Shown here piece by piece: positions 23,800 through 33,960 of a stretch of DNA of 64,000 nt (position 1 is the first letter of the stretch; every line of letters begins with the position of its first letter). The stretch covers positions 62,001-126,000 of the forward strand of contig CDROCS010001566.1 in the NCBI GenBank assembly GCA_977020255.1. Direction: 5' to 3'. The DNA comes from Obrimoposthia wandeli (taxonomy: Eukaryota). The translations under genes were made by a program, and so were the position numbers. The notes under the pieces were generated by a model. It did not search any database. It was not told the origin of the DNA and saw only the letters and a program-made list of their open reading frames with translations.

Positions 23800-25154
23800 T
23801 ATATAGCGGGTCTGATTTATGTGGCAGAAGTGATCTAATCGTGACAAAATCAATTATAATCCTTTGAAAATAAAACGGCTATATGAGAATATTATTGGAT
23901 AATATTTAAAGATTCTTGTGAGTAAAAAGGATTTAATGCAAAATGAAATAAATAAAATATGATAAAAATATGTTTGTATCTTATTTGCGTTTTGAATTTT
24001 GAATTTTAATTCATATATGTTTTTTGAAAATCCACTTTTTCATGTTTATGCAATGATATTGTTGTGGCAACTAAAATATTATGAGCATAAATTGTTTTGT
24101 GTAGCATTTCAACAACAATAAAAAGTAAAACAATATGAATTAAGATTATACTCCAAAACGTTTTTAGACAATACTATTCTTAAGGGTTTTAAAGCTCTAC
24201 ACATTTTCCCCTGTGAACTATAATGGTAAAGGTTTGGAGTAGTGAGCGATCAGACAAATTTTAAGAAGGGATTTAAGCATTAATTAAAAGTAATATAAAT
24301 TACATACATTAGAACATATTTTGCCTATACTTATAGAAACATTCTGTGGGTTTTCAACCAAAATAATGAAATTTGTATGTTTTGATTTTAAATGATTTCG
24401 ACTGTTAGGAACATGGATAATTTTGAAGGTTATTTTAATAAAGTGATTAGATATATTTATAGTATTAAATCTTTTAGGTGAAAAATGATACTAGATGGAT
24501 GCATTTTTAAATGATTCTTCAGTTTTTCGGTCATAACTTTAGTTATCATAAATTTTTAAAAACATAATAATGCTGTTTGCTTTGTCTAACACTACGATCG
24601 CATGGTAAATTGTCCATAAAATTAAATATATATTATAAAAAGTAATTTATAAATATTTGGCTCCTTAGATCAAATATTTGGTGTATACTTTGTTCAGCAA
24701 TTTTTGACTGTAATAAAACTTTTATTACTGATATTTTCCTTTAAAAATTCCCTTATATGTGAAGCAACAATTTAGTTTGATGAACGTATGCCAGTTTTCT
24801 TTGATATAAGGCGATAGAAGGACAAAATAATATTTTAACATTAATGATTTAAAATGAGTACAGCAGTTTTACTGGTTTTGCTAATTTGTTATTTTACAAT
24901 TTTAAAATACGGTATTTCAATGATAAAATCTCAGAGAACTCTTCTAATATTATTTGACAAAACTACAATAGCATGGTTTGTTGTAACTCAATATTTTTTT
25001 AACGGATTTCTTTAGTAAATCCTAAAACTGTACTAATTTTGATTCATAAATAAAAATACATTAAATTATGTTTGATTCTAGTTATTTTTAAATTTACCCC
25101 TTTAATCCCGAGTGTCTCAAGGTTCACGAGTAAAAAGGTTTGGGAACCACTGGT
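23800..25154 (+). mobile_element. Highly degraded hAT transposon relic
   Basis: DTRW motif at about 24488; the end AAAAAGGTTTGGGAACCACTG resembles Charlie/hAT TIRs. Confidence 0.45.
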
Positions 25155-25438
25155 ATAGAGAATTTATCAGATATTGTTTTTACATAAAAATGAGTGCTTT
25201 AAACTTGAGACAAATGAAAGAAATTGTAATATAGATTATCCTATAACTGAGAAATAAATAAATATTAAAATTGATACACAACATATGAGAAGAAAATGTT
25301 TTTTAACGAGGAATAAAATCGATTTTAGAACATAATGCAAATGTGTAATAATGATTCAACATTTGAATTGTTATTAGATTTACCTTTCTAAAAAATGTTG
25401 GTTACAAAAAATTTGTAATATTTTTATACGGTCTTTAA

Positions 25439-25546
25439 TGTATCATACGCTTAGAAGAACACATCGAAGTTGTATTTCTCCCATGTAAAACATGTTCATT
25501 TAAATTGAAAACATGTCTAATATGTAAATGTTTAATTGGACCTTGA
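25439..25546 (+). pseudogene. IAP-type C3HC4 RING finger remnant
   Basis: CIIRLEEHIEVVFLPC-KTCSFKLKTCLICKCLI resembles CxICxxxxxxVVFLPCGHxxxCxxCAxxLxxCPICR with the GHxxxC part deleted. Confidence 0.5.
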
Positions 25547-26339
25547 GTTAGAAATATAAGATTTCATGATATAAACAACAAAATTCGTATCGGTTATAAG
25601 AAAAAGAATGCTGGTTATGAAATTAAGAATGGGACAAATAGAAAACTGTAATTTAAATCAAAACCCTGTTATAGCAATTGTTTGCAGTCAAGTATGTCGA
25701 GGCGTCAAATATGAACAAACAATCCAAGAATCGTCAATATCAACAAAATCTCTCTCTCTTCATCATGACATCAAGTTCAGTGTTTAATTTAATGTACTTG
25801 TATATAGTAATTAACCATATGTTAAAATATTTTTTTAACTTAATTTCTTTTAATTATGTATGGAATATGTTGAAAATCATAAAGATGAATTATACTTTCC
25901 GAAAGTAAAAGTTTAAAATCTAAATTAAAGTTTAAAGAAAATTAGGTCTAAAAAATAATAAAATGATAAAGAAAAAAATTTTCAATTGCAAAATGGAAAA
26001 TTTAACGGGTTCTTAATATACCTTAAAAGATAACTTAAATATAATCAGTCGTATGATCAACTAGTCTGCCTCCAAAATAGCAATTGTTCAGGAGGCACAA
26101 AACAATTTCTTGATTTACTTACTGTTTTTTCTTATGATATTATTTTATAACTTGCATATGCCTTCTACACAGTAGATATATTATATAGTTTAAAAAATAC
26201 AATAAGTCAATCGAATTTTTGTGTCTCCAGAACAATTGTCACTTTGGAGATTGGATATTTGATCACGGAACTGACAATATGTAACATTGAAATATTCAAG
26301 AAAACATGTGTTAGATTAGGAATTTTTTTTAAATCGAAG

Positions 26340-27200
26340 GTTAAAATAAGTAATTAAATGAAAATATGTTCAAAATAAATTGAGATTAATTAAAGAGAGA
26401 TCATAAAGTAATTAAATTGAAGTTGAATCATAAAGTAATTGATTTGAATTATTACATCATAAAATAATTGAATTGATTCTAAAGTATTGTCTTAAAATAA
26501 TTGAATTGAATTAAAATGTATTGTATCGTAAAGTAATTGTATCGAAGTTTTATATCATAGAGTAATTGAATCAAAGTTTTATATTATAAAGTAATTGAAT
26601 CGAAGTTTTATGTCATAAAGTAATTTAATTTAAGTATTACATCATAAAATAATTGGATTGAATTAAAAGGTATTGTATCATAAAATAATTGGAATGAATT
26701 TTAACGAATGTTACTGATTAAGGTTAGAGTGTCACCGTCTCTTGTTGTCTAGAATGAATTAATTGCGAGTTTATGTTATAGACTAAAAGTTAGTGCGTGT
26801 ACTTTAGTAGAAATAAAATAATTTCTAAATTAGTTCCCGAATAAAGTCTTAATAAATCCCAAACCGAACTAGGACAATTGAAAGTTTGAATCGAAAGAAC
26901 TAAACCATAGGTAAGCAGAGAGTTAACCCACGTGACGGTGTTCCAAACCCTGGTGTACTCTGAAGATTTATAAGCCCTGATAAATTCAGAGGAGTATCGC
27001 CAGCGTCGATTGGTTCCGAATTAGTTTTGCCTATTTCTGGTCTTGGTTTAGCCAGACCATTTTTAAATCTAAAATCTTCACCAGCCTAACCGGCTTAATA
27101 CATCAGCCCCACACAACATAACAATAGTTTTAGGAACCGTCCAGTTATCCTACACACAATCCCGATACACAACACAAAAACGTTAACAAAACCTTCAGAT
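26340..27200 (+). repeat. ~1.5 kb repeat family, partial copy E, with a ~30-bp degenerate minisatellite (26390-26700)
   Basis: 26975-27200 matches the reverse complement of about 59100-59340; repeated ATCATAAAGTAATTGAATTGAA-like units. Confidence 0.65.
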
Positions 27201-27535
27201 AAGTGAATATATCAATTCATTAAGAGATGTTGTTTGTATAAGAGACTATACGAAGTTTATTAATAAAGAGGATGAGTTGTTTTTAAACTTACAAAAGGAT
27301 TCATATGGTGCAATTAGTCAATGCTTAAGTCAAAAAAGACGATTTGAGTGTAAAAGAAAAAGAAATGAAGACATGATATATGAGTGCATATATGATACAA
27401 GCCTCGAATTGAAACCAAGAAAATAGCAGAGGCTTGTATATCAAGTACTCGAGAAAAGTTTAAAAAATACTTAATATTGATAATAATAAAGAAATTCTGT
27501 CAAAATCATCAATTGCATTAGGTATAAGCAAGTTA

Positions 27536-27840
27536 TTGTCAAATGCAAAATCAACACTGCATAATGATATAGAAAATTCTGATGGCCCATTATGTTTACA
27601 CTTTGATAGTAAACGACATTTTGATAAATGTATTTGTAAAATGGTAGAAAGATTAGTGATATGCGTTTCTGGAAAAATTACTCAAAATTATTGGCTGTTA
27701 GGACTCTTCATAATGGAAAAGGTAAAACCATATACGATTCGCTAAAGTCCGTAGTTGTTGAATTTAATTTAGCTGAAAAAATCGTGATGAAAATATGCGA
27801 TACTACATATGAAAACACTGGGATTCGCGGAGCTGTAACA
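27536..27840 (+). pseudogene. DDE DNA transposase fragment truncated by the Polinton (superfamily uncertain)
   Basis: LHFDSK...VERLVICVSG...KLLAV..L.NGKG...CDTTYENTG; the coding remnant stops where the AGTAGG terminus begins. Confidence 0.6.
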
Positions 27841-28020
27841 AGTAGGTGGATGTGTCCGGTCTAATCCACAACCTCACTGTCCTTTAAAACCGTGTATGTG
27901 TGTGAAGTGAAATTCCGTGTATGTGTGTAGGAAAAAAATTAAAATAAGCAACGAATAGGAGGGGGTACCACTGTCCTTTAAAACCGTGCATGTGTGTGGA
28001 GTGAAATTTCGTATATATGT
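27841..28020 (+). repeat. Left TIR with tandem duplication of the subterminal module (27875 and 27969)
   Basis: CACTGTCCTTTAAAACCGTG(T/C)ATGTGTGTG occurs twice, 94 bp apart; the inverse is at 42575-42633. Confidence 0.9.
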
Positions 28021-28303
28021 GTCTCCATTCCACTCCCTCTTCACCCACATTTTTAAAAATTTTACTTTGAAATTTACCACGAATCTTGAAAGTGGTTAGA
28101 GAAGACTACGGAAATCCATATTGGACACGGCGGCTTATCGCAGACGAGATTTTAAATAATATATTACTACTATTTTTAAGAAAAATTTTAGATTACTACA
28201 TGTTAAATATTTAGGTCAGATTTATAAGATAAAAATTAGATCACTATATAATTTAGAGGAGTAAAAACAAAATACGAGTCAAAATTATTTTTCAAAACAT
28301 TTA

Positions 28304-28738
28304 TTAAACATAAAACAACATATTGGCTTCACTCAAAGTCCAAAGAGGCTGCATTTTCTCATCATCAGCAAAATATCCATTGAGACGTATTGATATATTC
28401 CATAGTTCTTCATCTAGAATTGGAGCAATCAAATATCCTAGATCATCTTTAAAATCCAGACTGGGATCAGTTTCAAGCTGGAAACAATTTCCTTCATATA
28501 CATAATCAGGAATGTAAAATCCCAAAATATTTTTCAATTGATCAATATCAGATGTTGTTAAAATTTCGATGAAAGATTTATTCTCCACTTTTGATATTTT
28601 CCCAGGATTCATAACTCGTATAATTTGATGCCTCTTTAATATATTACATAGTTTTCCTTTTGAAATTCTTTCTGGATAATAAAAATTTCCTACACATCTC
28701 TTATCCATACTAAAATAAGGAAACTGATTAAAAAACAA
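28304..28738 (-). CDS. Hypothetical 144-aa protein, paralog A (possible OB-fold/SSB-like)
   Basis: Intact ORF (true start may be an internal ATG); its C-terminal half aligns with the neighbouring ORF at 28851-29333. Confidence 0.75.
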   Translation of the reverse strand: MFFNQFPYFSMDKRCVGNFYYPERISKGKLCNILKRHQIIRVMNPGKISKVENKSFIEILTTSDIDQLKNILGFYIPDYVYEGNCFQLETDPSLDFKDDLGYLIAPILDEELWNISIRLNGYFADDEKMQPLWTLSEANMLFYV

Positions 28739-28850
28739 CGTTTATAAAAAAATACATATAAGATACAAATATTTTAAAAATAAAACTGAATATTAAATGA
28801 AAGAAACATAGTAAAACCGATTACAATTTATTATATGCAAAAGAAAAAAG

Positions 28851-29333
28851 TTAAAACATAGAAATATGAGCACGTTCAATTTTCCACATAGGTAACTTTG
28901 TCCCCATTTCATCTGTCTTGTAACCATAAAGTCGAATTGTTACAGTCCAATGCTTCTTTTTCTAAAACGCATCAATATCAACATATCTTCCATAGTCATC
29001 TAGAAATGCTTCATCGGGTCCTCGGATATAAAATTCGTTCTTATTGAAAGTAAAATTTGGAACTGCCTTTTCAACTTTCTGTTTAAGATATTGAAAATCT
29101 GGTTTTTGAATATTTCATAGATAGTAGCTGAACTTTCTTCTTTCAATTGTCACAGGATTTACTAATGCAATCAGTTGAGCCTTCTTCAAGAATCTGACTT
29201 AGTATTTGAAATATTGTTTCACTTCTTCATACATATCCTTATCCGATTCTTCAAACATTTCTAAATCTTCGTCACCGCTTAATATCCGTTGGCTATCGTC
29301 CATCATTGATAATTGTCTTTGATATGAATGCAT
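28851..29333 (-). pseudogene. Hypothetical protein, paralog B of 28304-28738, with stops (missed by the ORF track)
   Basis: Manual translation: ...PDFQYLKQKVEKAVPNFTFNKNEFYIRGPDEAFLDDYGRYVDIDAF*KKKHWTVTIRLYGYKTDEMGTKLPMWKIERAHISMF*. Confidence 0.75.
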
Positions 29334-29394
29334 TTACTGTGATTTTTCCTTCAATGGCGCATTCTTTTATTCTAATTTCTAACAAAGACATGAA

Positions 29395-29555
29395 TCTCAT
29401 TGGTTAATATAACTAAAGCATTGAATTTGATTGGACTAAATCCATATTAAAAATCAAATTTGATTGGAAGAAATATATTATCCAATTATCATAGGTTTGC
29501 AAGATAATTACAAGAAACGTGCAATAAAAAAGCAGGTTCAGACATATATAAAGAA
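29395..29555. promoter_or_regulatory. Divergent promoter with four CCAAT boxes and a TATA box
   Basis: ATTGG at 29399, 29430 and 29463; CCAAT at 29482; TATATAAA at 29545-29552 upstream of ATG 29583. Confidence 0.65.
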
Positions 29556-29582
29556 GATTTTATAGAATACAATTTTAGTCTA

Positions 29583-30079
29583 ATGAAACTCGTAAATATA
29601 AATTATAAAGGTAGAACAGAAGATGATGTTTCGTACTTACCATTCAATGAATGGAAACCGAAACAATATGTGAAAAAGTTTGACAATTTCACAGTTGTTA
29701 TGTTTCCAACAGGTTAGTTTTTTAATTTTCATATTGAATTCTTTTAGGAAATTGTCGTGTTATGGTATGCAAAGTACCTATTATTGGGTTCAATTTACCA
29801 TTTGGAATTCGAATCACTGCAATACAATCAATACATATTTCGGCTAATCTTGGGAAACAGATAAATCTTTTTAAAACTGCAGAGAAAATGAAAAAAGAAT
29901 GTATGTTTGAACCAGAAATTTTTCCTGCTCTCAGTTATTTGAAGTTTAAACCGCTATGTGTAAATATATTTTCCAGTGGTAAAGTTATGATATTTGGATT
30001 GAAAATTTTTGATTATCCAGACATTGTTGATTTGATTTTAGAAAATATATCTTATTACATCTTGTTATCTTTTCTATAA
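29583..30079 (+). CDS. TATA-binding protein-like, 153 aa; join(29583..29712,29748..30079), 35-nt intron
   Basis: The C-terminal repeat FEPEIFPALSYLKFKPLCVNIFSSGKVMIFGLK matches TBP YEPELFPGLIY...LLIFVSGKVVLTGAK. Splicing AG|GTTAGT..TTTTAG|G restores the N-repeat TVVMFPTGNCRV. The spliced ORF has no lesions. Confidence 0.85.
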
Positions 30080-30098
30080 ACAAACAAGTTTAAACTTA

Positions 30099-30380
30099 TT
30101 GTTTCAAATGAATAATACTATAAATAGAGACAATGAAGTGGATAGTCTTGCGAACGAAATATTTTCTGGAAAAATTAAGGGTAAAGACATTTTATCAGAA
30201 TTAAAAAATAATGATATAACAAGAGATAACATTGAAATATTGGTTAGATCACACATTATTCGAGAATTTAGAAATCGTACACAAATAAATAAAATTATAG
30301 CCAAATATTCATTAATTAATTTTTGTATTTCATCTACAATAGCTCTAACATTGTACATTTCAATAAGGAAACTTCTATGA
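30099..30380 (+). CDS. Hypothetical 93-aa protein with a C-terminal hydrophobic segment (ATG probably 30108)
   Basis: Intact ORF between the TBP-like gene and the ATPase; YSLINFCISSTIALTLYISI is hydrophobic. Confidence 0.6.
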   Translation: MFQMNNTINRDNEVDSLANEIFSGKIKGKDILSELKNNDITRDNIEILVRSHIIREFRNRTQINKIIAKYSLINFCISSTIALTLYISIRKLL

Positions 30381-30417
30381 TAATATAAACAATATTTAAA
30401 ATGAAAGAGTATATGCA

Positions 30418-31067
30418 ATGGAGTTAAATATTAATGCTGTATTTCAAATAGTTGGTCTCAGTGGAAGTGGAAAGACACATTTCGTATGTAAATTGTTGCA
30501 AAATGAATCTCTTTTCAAATCTAGTTTCAAAAATAAATTTATTGGCATCATGGTGGAGGAGGGGAAAGTGGATTAACCAAAACAGAAGTTTGCAAGTTGA
30601 AGGGAATACAATTTATTGAAGGATTTGATGCAAATTGGTGTGAAAGATTGAAAAAAGAAGATGTAATAATAATTGATGATTTGTATGAGGAGGCTAACAA
30701 GGAATCGGACTTTAAAAATTTATTTACAAAGATTGCAAGACATCGTGAAGTAACAGTTATATTTATCACTCAAAATCTTTTTCATCAAGGAAGTCACCAT
30801 AGAACTAGAAATCTTAATGTACATTACTTAGTTTTATTTTAAAATCCTAGAGATCAAACAGTTGTTGATTTCGTGGCCAGACAGACGTTTCCTCAAAATA
30901 AGAACTTTCTAGTTGATTCATTCCACGATGCTGCTAAAAAAGCATATGGGTATATATTTATTGACTTTACACAAGCTTGCCCAGATGATTTACGTGTTTT
31001 AACCGACATATTTAGTTCTAAGGGATTAACTGTTTATAAACAAATAGAGAACAATCATAAAAGATAA
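30418..31067 (+). pseudogene. ATP: A32-like FtsK/HerA genome packaging ATPase (frameshift near 30540, TAA at 30840)
   Basis: Walker A GLSGSGKT, Walker B VIIIDD, ITQNLF, VLF*NPRD and YGYIFIDF. Confidence 0.95.
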
Positions 31068-31244
31068 ATTTACAATACCTTTTAAGAAGTTGAAAGTAAA
31101 GCGTAAAGCAAAGCCTAAAAAATCAAAAAAAGAATCATTAAGAAAAAAGAAGTGAAAAAATTAATCAAATCTGTAGTTAGAAATAAAAAAAAACTTAAAT
31201 GGCTTCAAATATAAACAATATTCAAATTGAACCTTTTTATTAAA

Positions 31245-31500
31245 ATGAAGAAAATACAAAAAAGCATACCCTATTTTAAAGCTTTAGTCAAAGCCTCTTC
31301 TCATAAGAGAATTATTATTCTTAAAGCATTTTCATCTTTTGTTGTAGATGATTTATTGGAAGTTTTGTATAATATTGTTTTGGATCGAGTAAAAGTTGGA
31401 AATCGGAAAAATATATTAAAGAAATATAGAAAAACTCTTCTAGATATTGCTAGATACGTTCATAAACAATTATTTCTAAAATCAGCTAAAGATATGGGTG
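31245..31500 (+). pseudogene. Basic Polinton core-like protein, C-terminus apparently lost
   Basis: KALVKASSHKRIIILK....VDDLLEVLYNIV....LKKYRKTL fits a recurrent Polinton ORF pattern; a Lys-rich remnant lies upstream at about 31070-31215. Confidence 0.55.
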
Positions 31501-31551
31501 CTAACCCTTCTTTACCTAAATTTAAATTTTCTTTCTATTCAAATTGTTGTA

Positions 31552-32575
31552 ATGTAGAAGATATGGTTCAATCCAAAAGATCCAATTGGCTACACGGGAG
31601 TTTCAAAATTAGCAAAAGAACAAAACAAAATTACAAGAAAACGCAGAAATGGCTGAGTGGTCAGTTAGCCTTCAGTCTGAACAAGCCGATGAAAAGAAGG
31701 TTTCCAACTAGAGCTTACAAAACCAACGGTCCTAATAATTTATGGCAAATGGATTTGATGGAGATGATCCCATATTCTTCCATTAATAAGGGATATCGAT
31801 ATATTTTAACATGTATTGATGTATTTAGCAGGTTTGCTCGTGTATTTCCAGTCAAAGCAAAGTCTTCAATAGCTATGCTTGAAGCCATTAAAGAAATATT
31901 AAAAGAGGACATTCCACAAAATGTACAAACTGATTTAGGAAAATAATTTTATAATTAGCAAGTTCAATCATTATTTAAGCAAAATAATATAAATCACTAC
32001 TCTGTGTTTTCACAGTACAAAGCAGCAGTAGTAGAAAGATTTAATCGTACTTTAAGAGATCGAATAAAAAAGTATTTCACGAAAGAAGGAAATAAAAAAT
32101 GGATCCAAGTTTTACCTAAAATAATACATGCATATAATCCCTCTGAACACATAGGTCTCAAGAGAATGAGACCTGTTGATGTTACTAATAAAAACTCTAT
32201 GGATATTTGGATGGACAAGAATAAAAAAGAAAATACTAAAAAACCTAAATATAAGAAAAACGAATATGTTCGAATTTCGAAAATTAGCTCTACTCCATTT
32301 ATTAAAAACTTTGATCAGAATTGGAGCGATGAAATATTTTATATAAGTAAAATTGATCAAAAGAGTAATCCAATAATGTATACTATTGAAGATGCTGACA
32401 ATAATATCTTTCACGGTAAATTTTACGAGAACTACAAGTAATATCTAATAAACCTAGCGTTTTCCGTATTCAAAAAATATTAAAATCTAAGGGTGCCAGT
32501 AAACATAAACAATACTTTGTTAAATGGCATGGTTATTCAGACCCAACTTAGATATCAGCATCTAAAATAATATGA
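31552..32575 (+). pseudogene. INT: Retroviral-type DDE integrase with C-terminal chromodomain (about 6 lesions)
   Basis: WFNPKDPIGYTG, WQMDL, IDVFSR, QTDLGK*F, VVERFNRTL, NWSDEIF and chromodomain YFVKWHGY. Confidence 0.95.
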
Positions 32576-33614
32576 AGTCTATGTATATGGTGTTACCTAG
32601 TAACGGATGCCTGAAGACTCAACCAGATAATGACGCTAGTAACTTTATTATCGATTGGGAAAATCCTATAAATCTCCAAGGATTCGGGAAGCGGCTTTAA
32701 CATATTTTTTTTATTATTCTCCAATTACTATTAGAAAAAACTCACATATTTCGTTTACAAAAGTAAATCAACTGAAGTTGTGATTGGTTTTGATAGTAAA
32801 GGACAATTCTATTACAATTGTATAGATAAAGAAGTGAAAGTAATACTAGAAAATAACAAAGTCAGATGTAAAAATCGATTAAAATATCTTCAAGTTATTA
32901 AAATTAACTTTGAATCTAAAAAAGAAGCTCTTCAATTCAGTTTTGATAGTGAATAAACAGTAGCTCGTAATAAACGGGATATAGTCTCATATAAATCGGT
33001 TAGAAATGTTCCTGGTAAAGTAGCAAAAGTGATGTTACTTGAAACGAGACCAAAGACTGTAGTGGAACTGAAAAAGTTTTCAAAAGATTATAAAATAGAT
33101 AGTGAAGTAGGATTTATGTAAATTAATACAGAACGAATGTAGTGAATATTTCGATAAATGTGAAACATTAAATGGTAAATTAATGTTTACAGTAAAGAGC
33201 AATATAAAACGAGTTTCATTTGATGATAAACTTGCTAAAAACCTTGGTTTAAACAGAAATACCTTTGAAACCCATACAATAAAAACCATAAAAGCTAAAA
33301 ATAAGGCAAAACTTTTAAATGCTGTTAATAATTTATATATTTATACTAATTTAATAGAACCAACGCTTGTAGGAGGACAGCGAGTTCCACTTTTGAGAAC
33401 AATATGGATATCTAAAAATGAAACTAGATATGGGGACGCTGTCGGTATGTGTATAGATCAACCAATGTATCTTCCAGTTTCTCTCTTTTCTTTAAACAAT
33501 ATTGAAGTAAATATTAGAGATGATTCCGGACAACTAATAGATTTCACGTACGGGGCCAACACAAGTTTAACAATACATTTAAGAAAACAAAATGACGAAT
33601 CTAGCATTAATTGA
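32572..33614 (+). pseudogene. PX: Minor capsid protein (penton, single jelly roll), frameshifted
   Basis: N-terminus YMVLPSN...PDNDASNF; C-terminus LYIYTNLIEPTLVGGQRVPLLR...PMYLPV...IEVNIRDDSGQLIDF...TIHLRK. Confidence 0.9.
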
Positions 33615-33960
33615 GGCTTATAGTCAAAGCCAACAAGGTGGAGAATTACCATATTTTGTTGGTAAACAATATGGATCTGGCTGGCTTAGAACATTAGTTA
33701 GATTTGCCTTTCCTCCTTTAAAGAGACTCGGGCGAATTATATCAAAATTAGGAAAGTATTACCTTTCATCCAAGGACAATAAACTAATACCAACTTTTAA
33801 GAAGCATACACTTGATAATGTTTTACCTGAAGTTGCTAATTTGATTAGAAAACATAAATCAAATAAAAGCCAAGAAAGTAGTGGATTTAAACGTAAAAAG
33901 AAGCAAAAAATCAATATAAACAAACATAAGAAAGTTCAAGGAACAATATTTGCAAAATGA
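33592..33960 (+). CDS. Conserved Polinton virion core-type protein (QxGG / GxG motifs, amphipathic helix, basic tail)
   Basis: YSQSQQGGELPYFVGKQYGSGWLRTLVRFAFPPLKRLG; sits directly before MCP with an ATGA overlap. Confidence 0.8.
   Translation: MTNLALIEAYSQSQQGGELPYFVGKQYGSGWLRTLVRFAFPPLKRLGRIISKLGKYYLSSKDNKLIPTFKKHTLDNVLPEVANLIRKHKSNKSQESSGFKRKKKQKININKHKKVQGTIFAK

Noticed and set aside
26390-26700. CRISPR-like repeat array
   Set aside because: Degenerate AT-rich minisatellite without unique spacers or cas genes, in a eukaryotic context; the same applies to 55010-55920
27875-27885. CACTGTC as a Transib/RSS-like terminus
   Set aside because: The canonical AGT-starting 30-mer upstream (27841) recurs inverted at 241-270, so CACTGTC is subterminal
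31227-31946. Apparent 239-aa fusion of core protein and integrase
   Set aside because: The integrase N-terminus (M*KIWFNPKDPIGYTG) lies in another frame starting at 31552; the fused ORF is an accident of lesions
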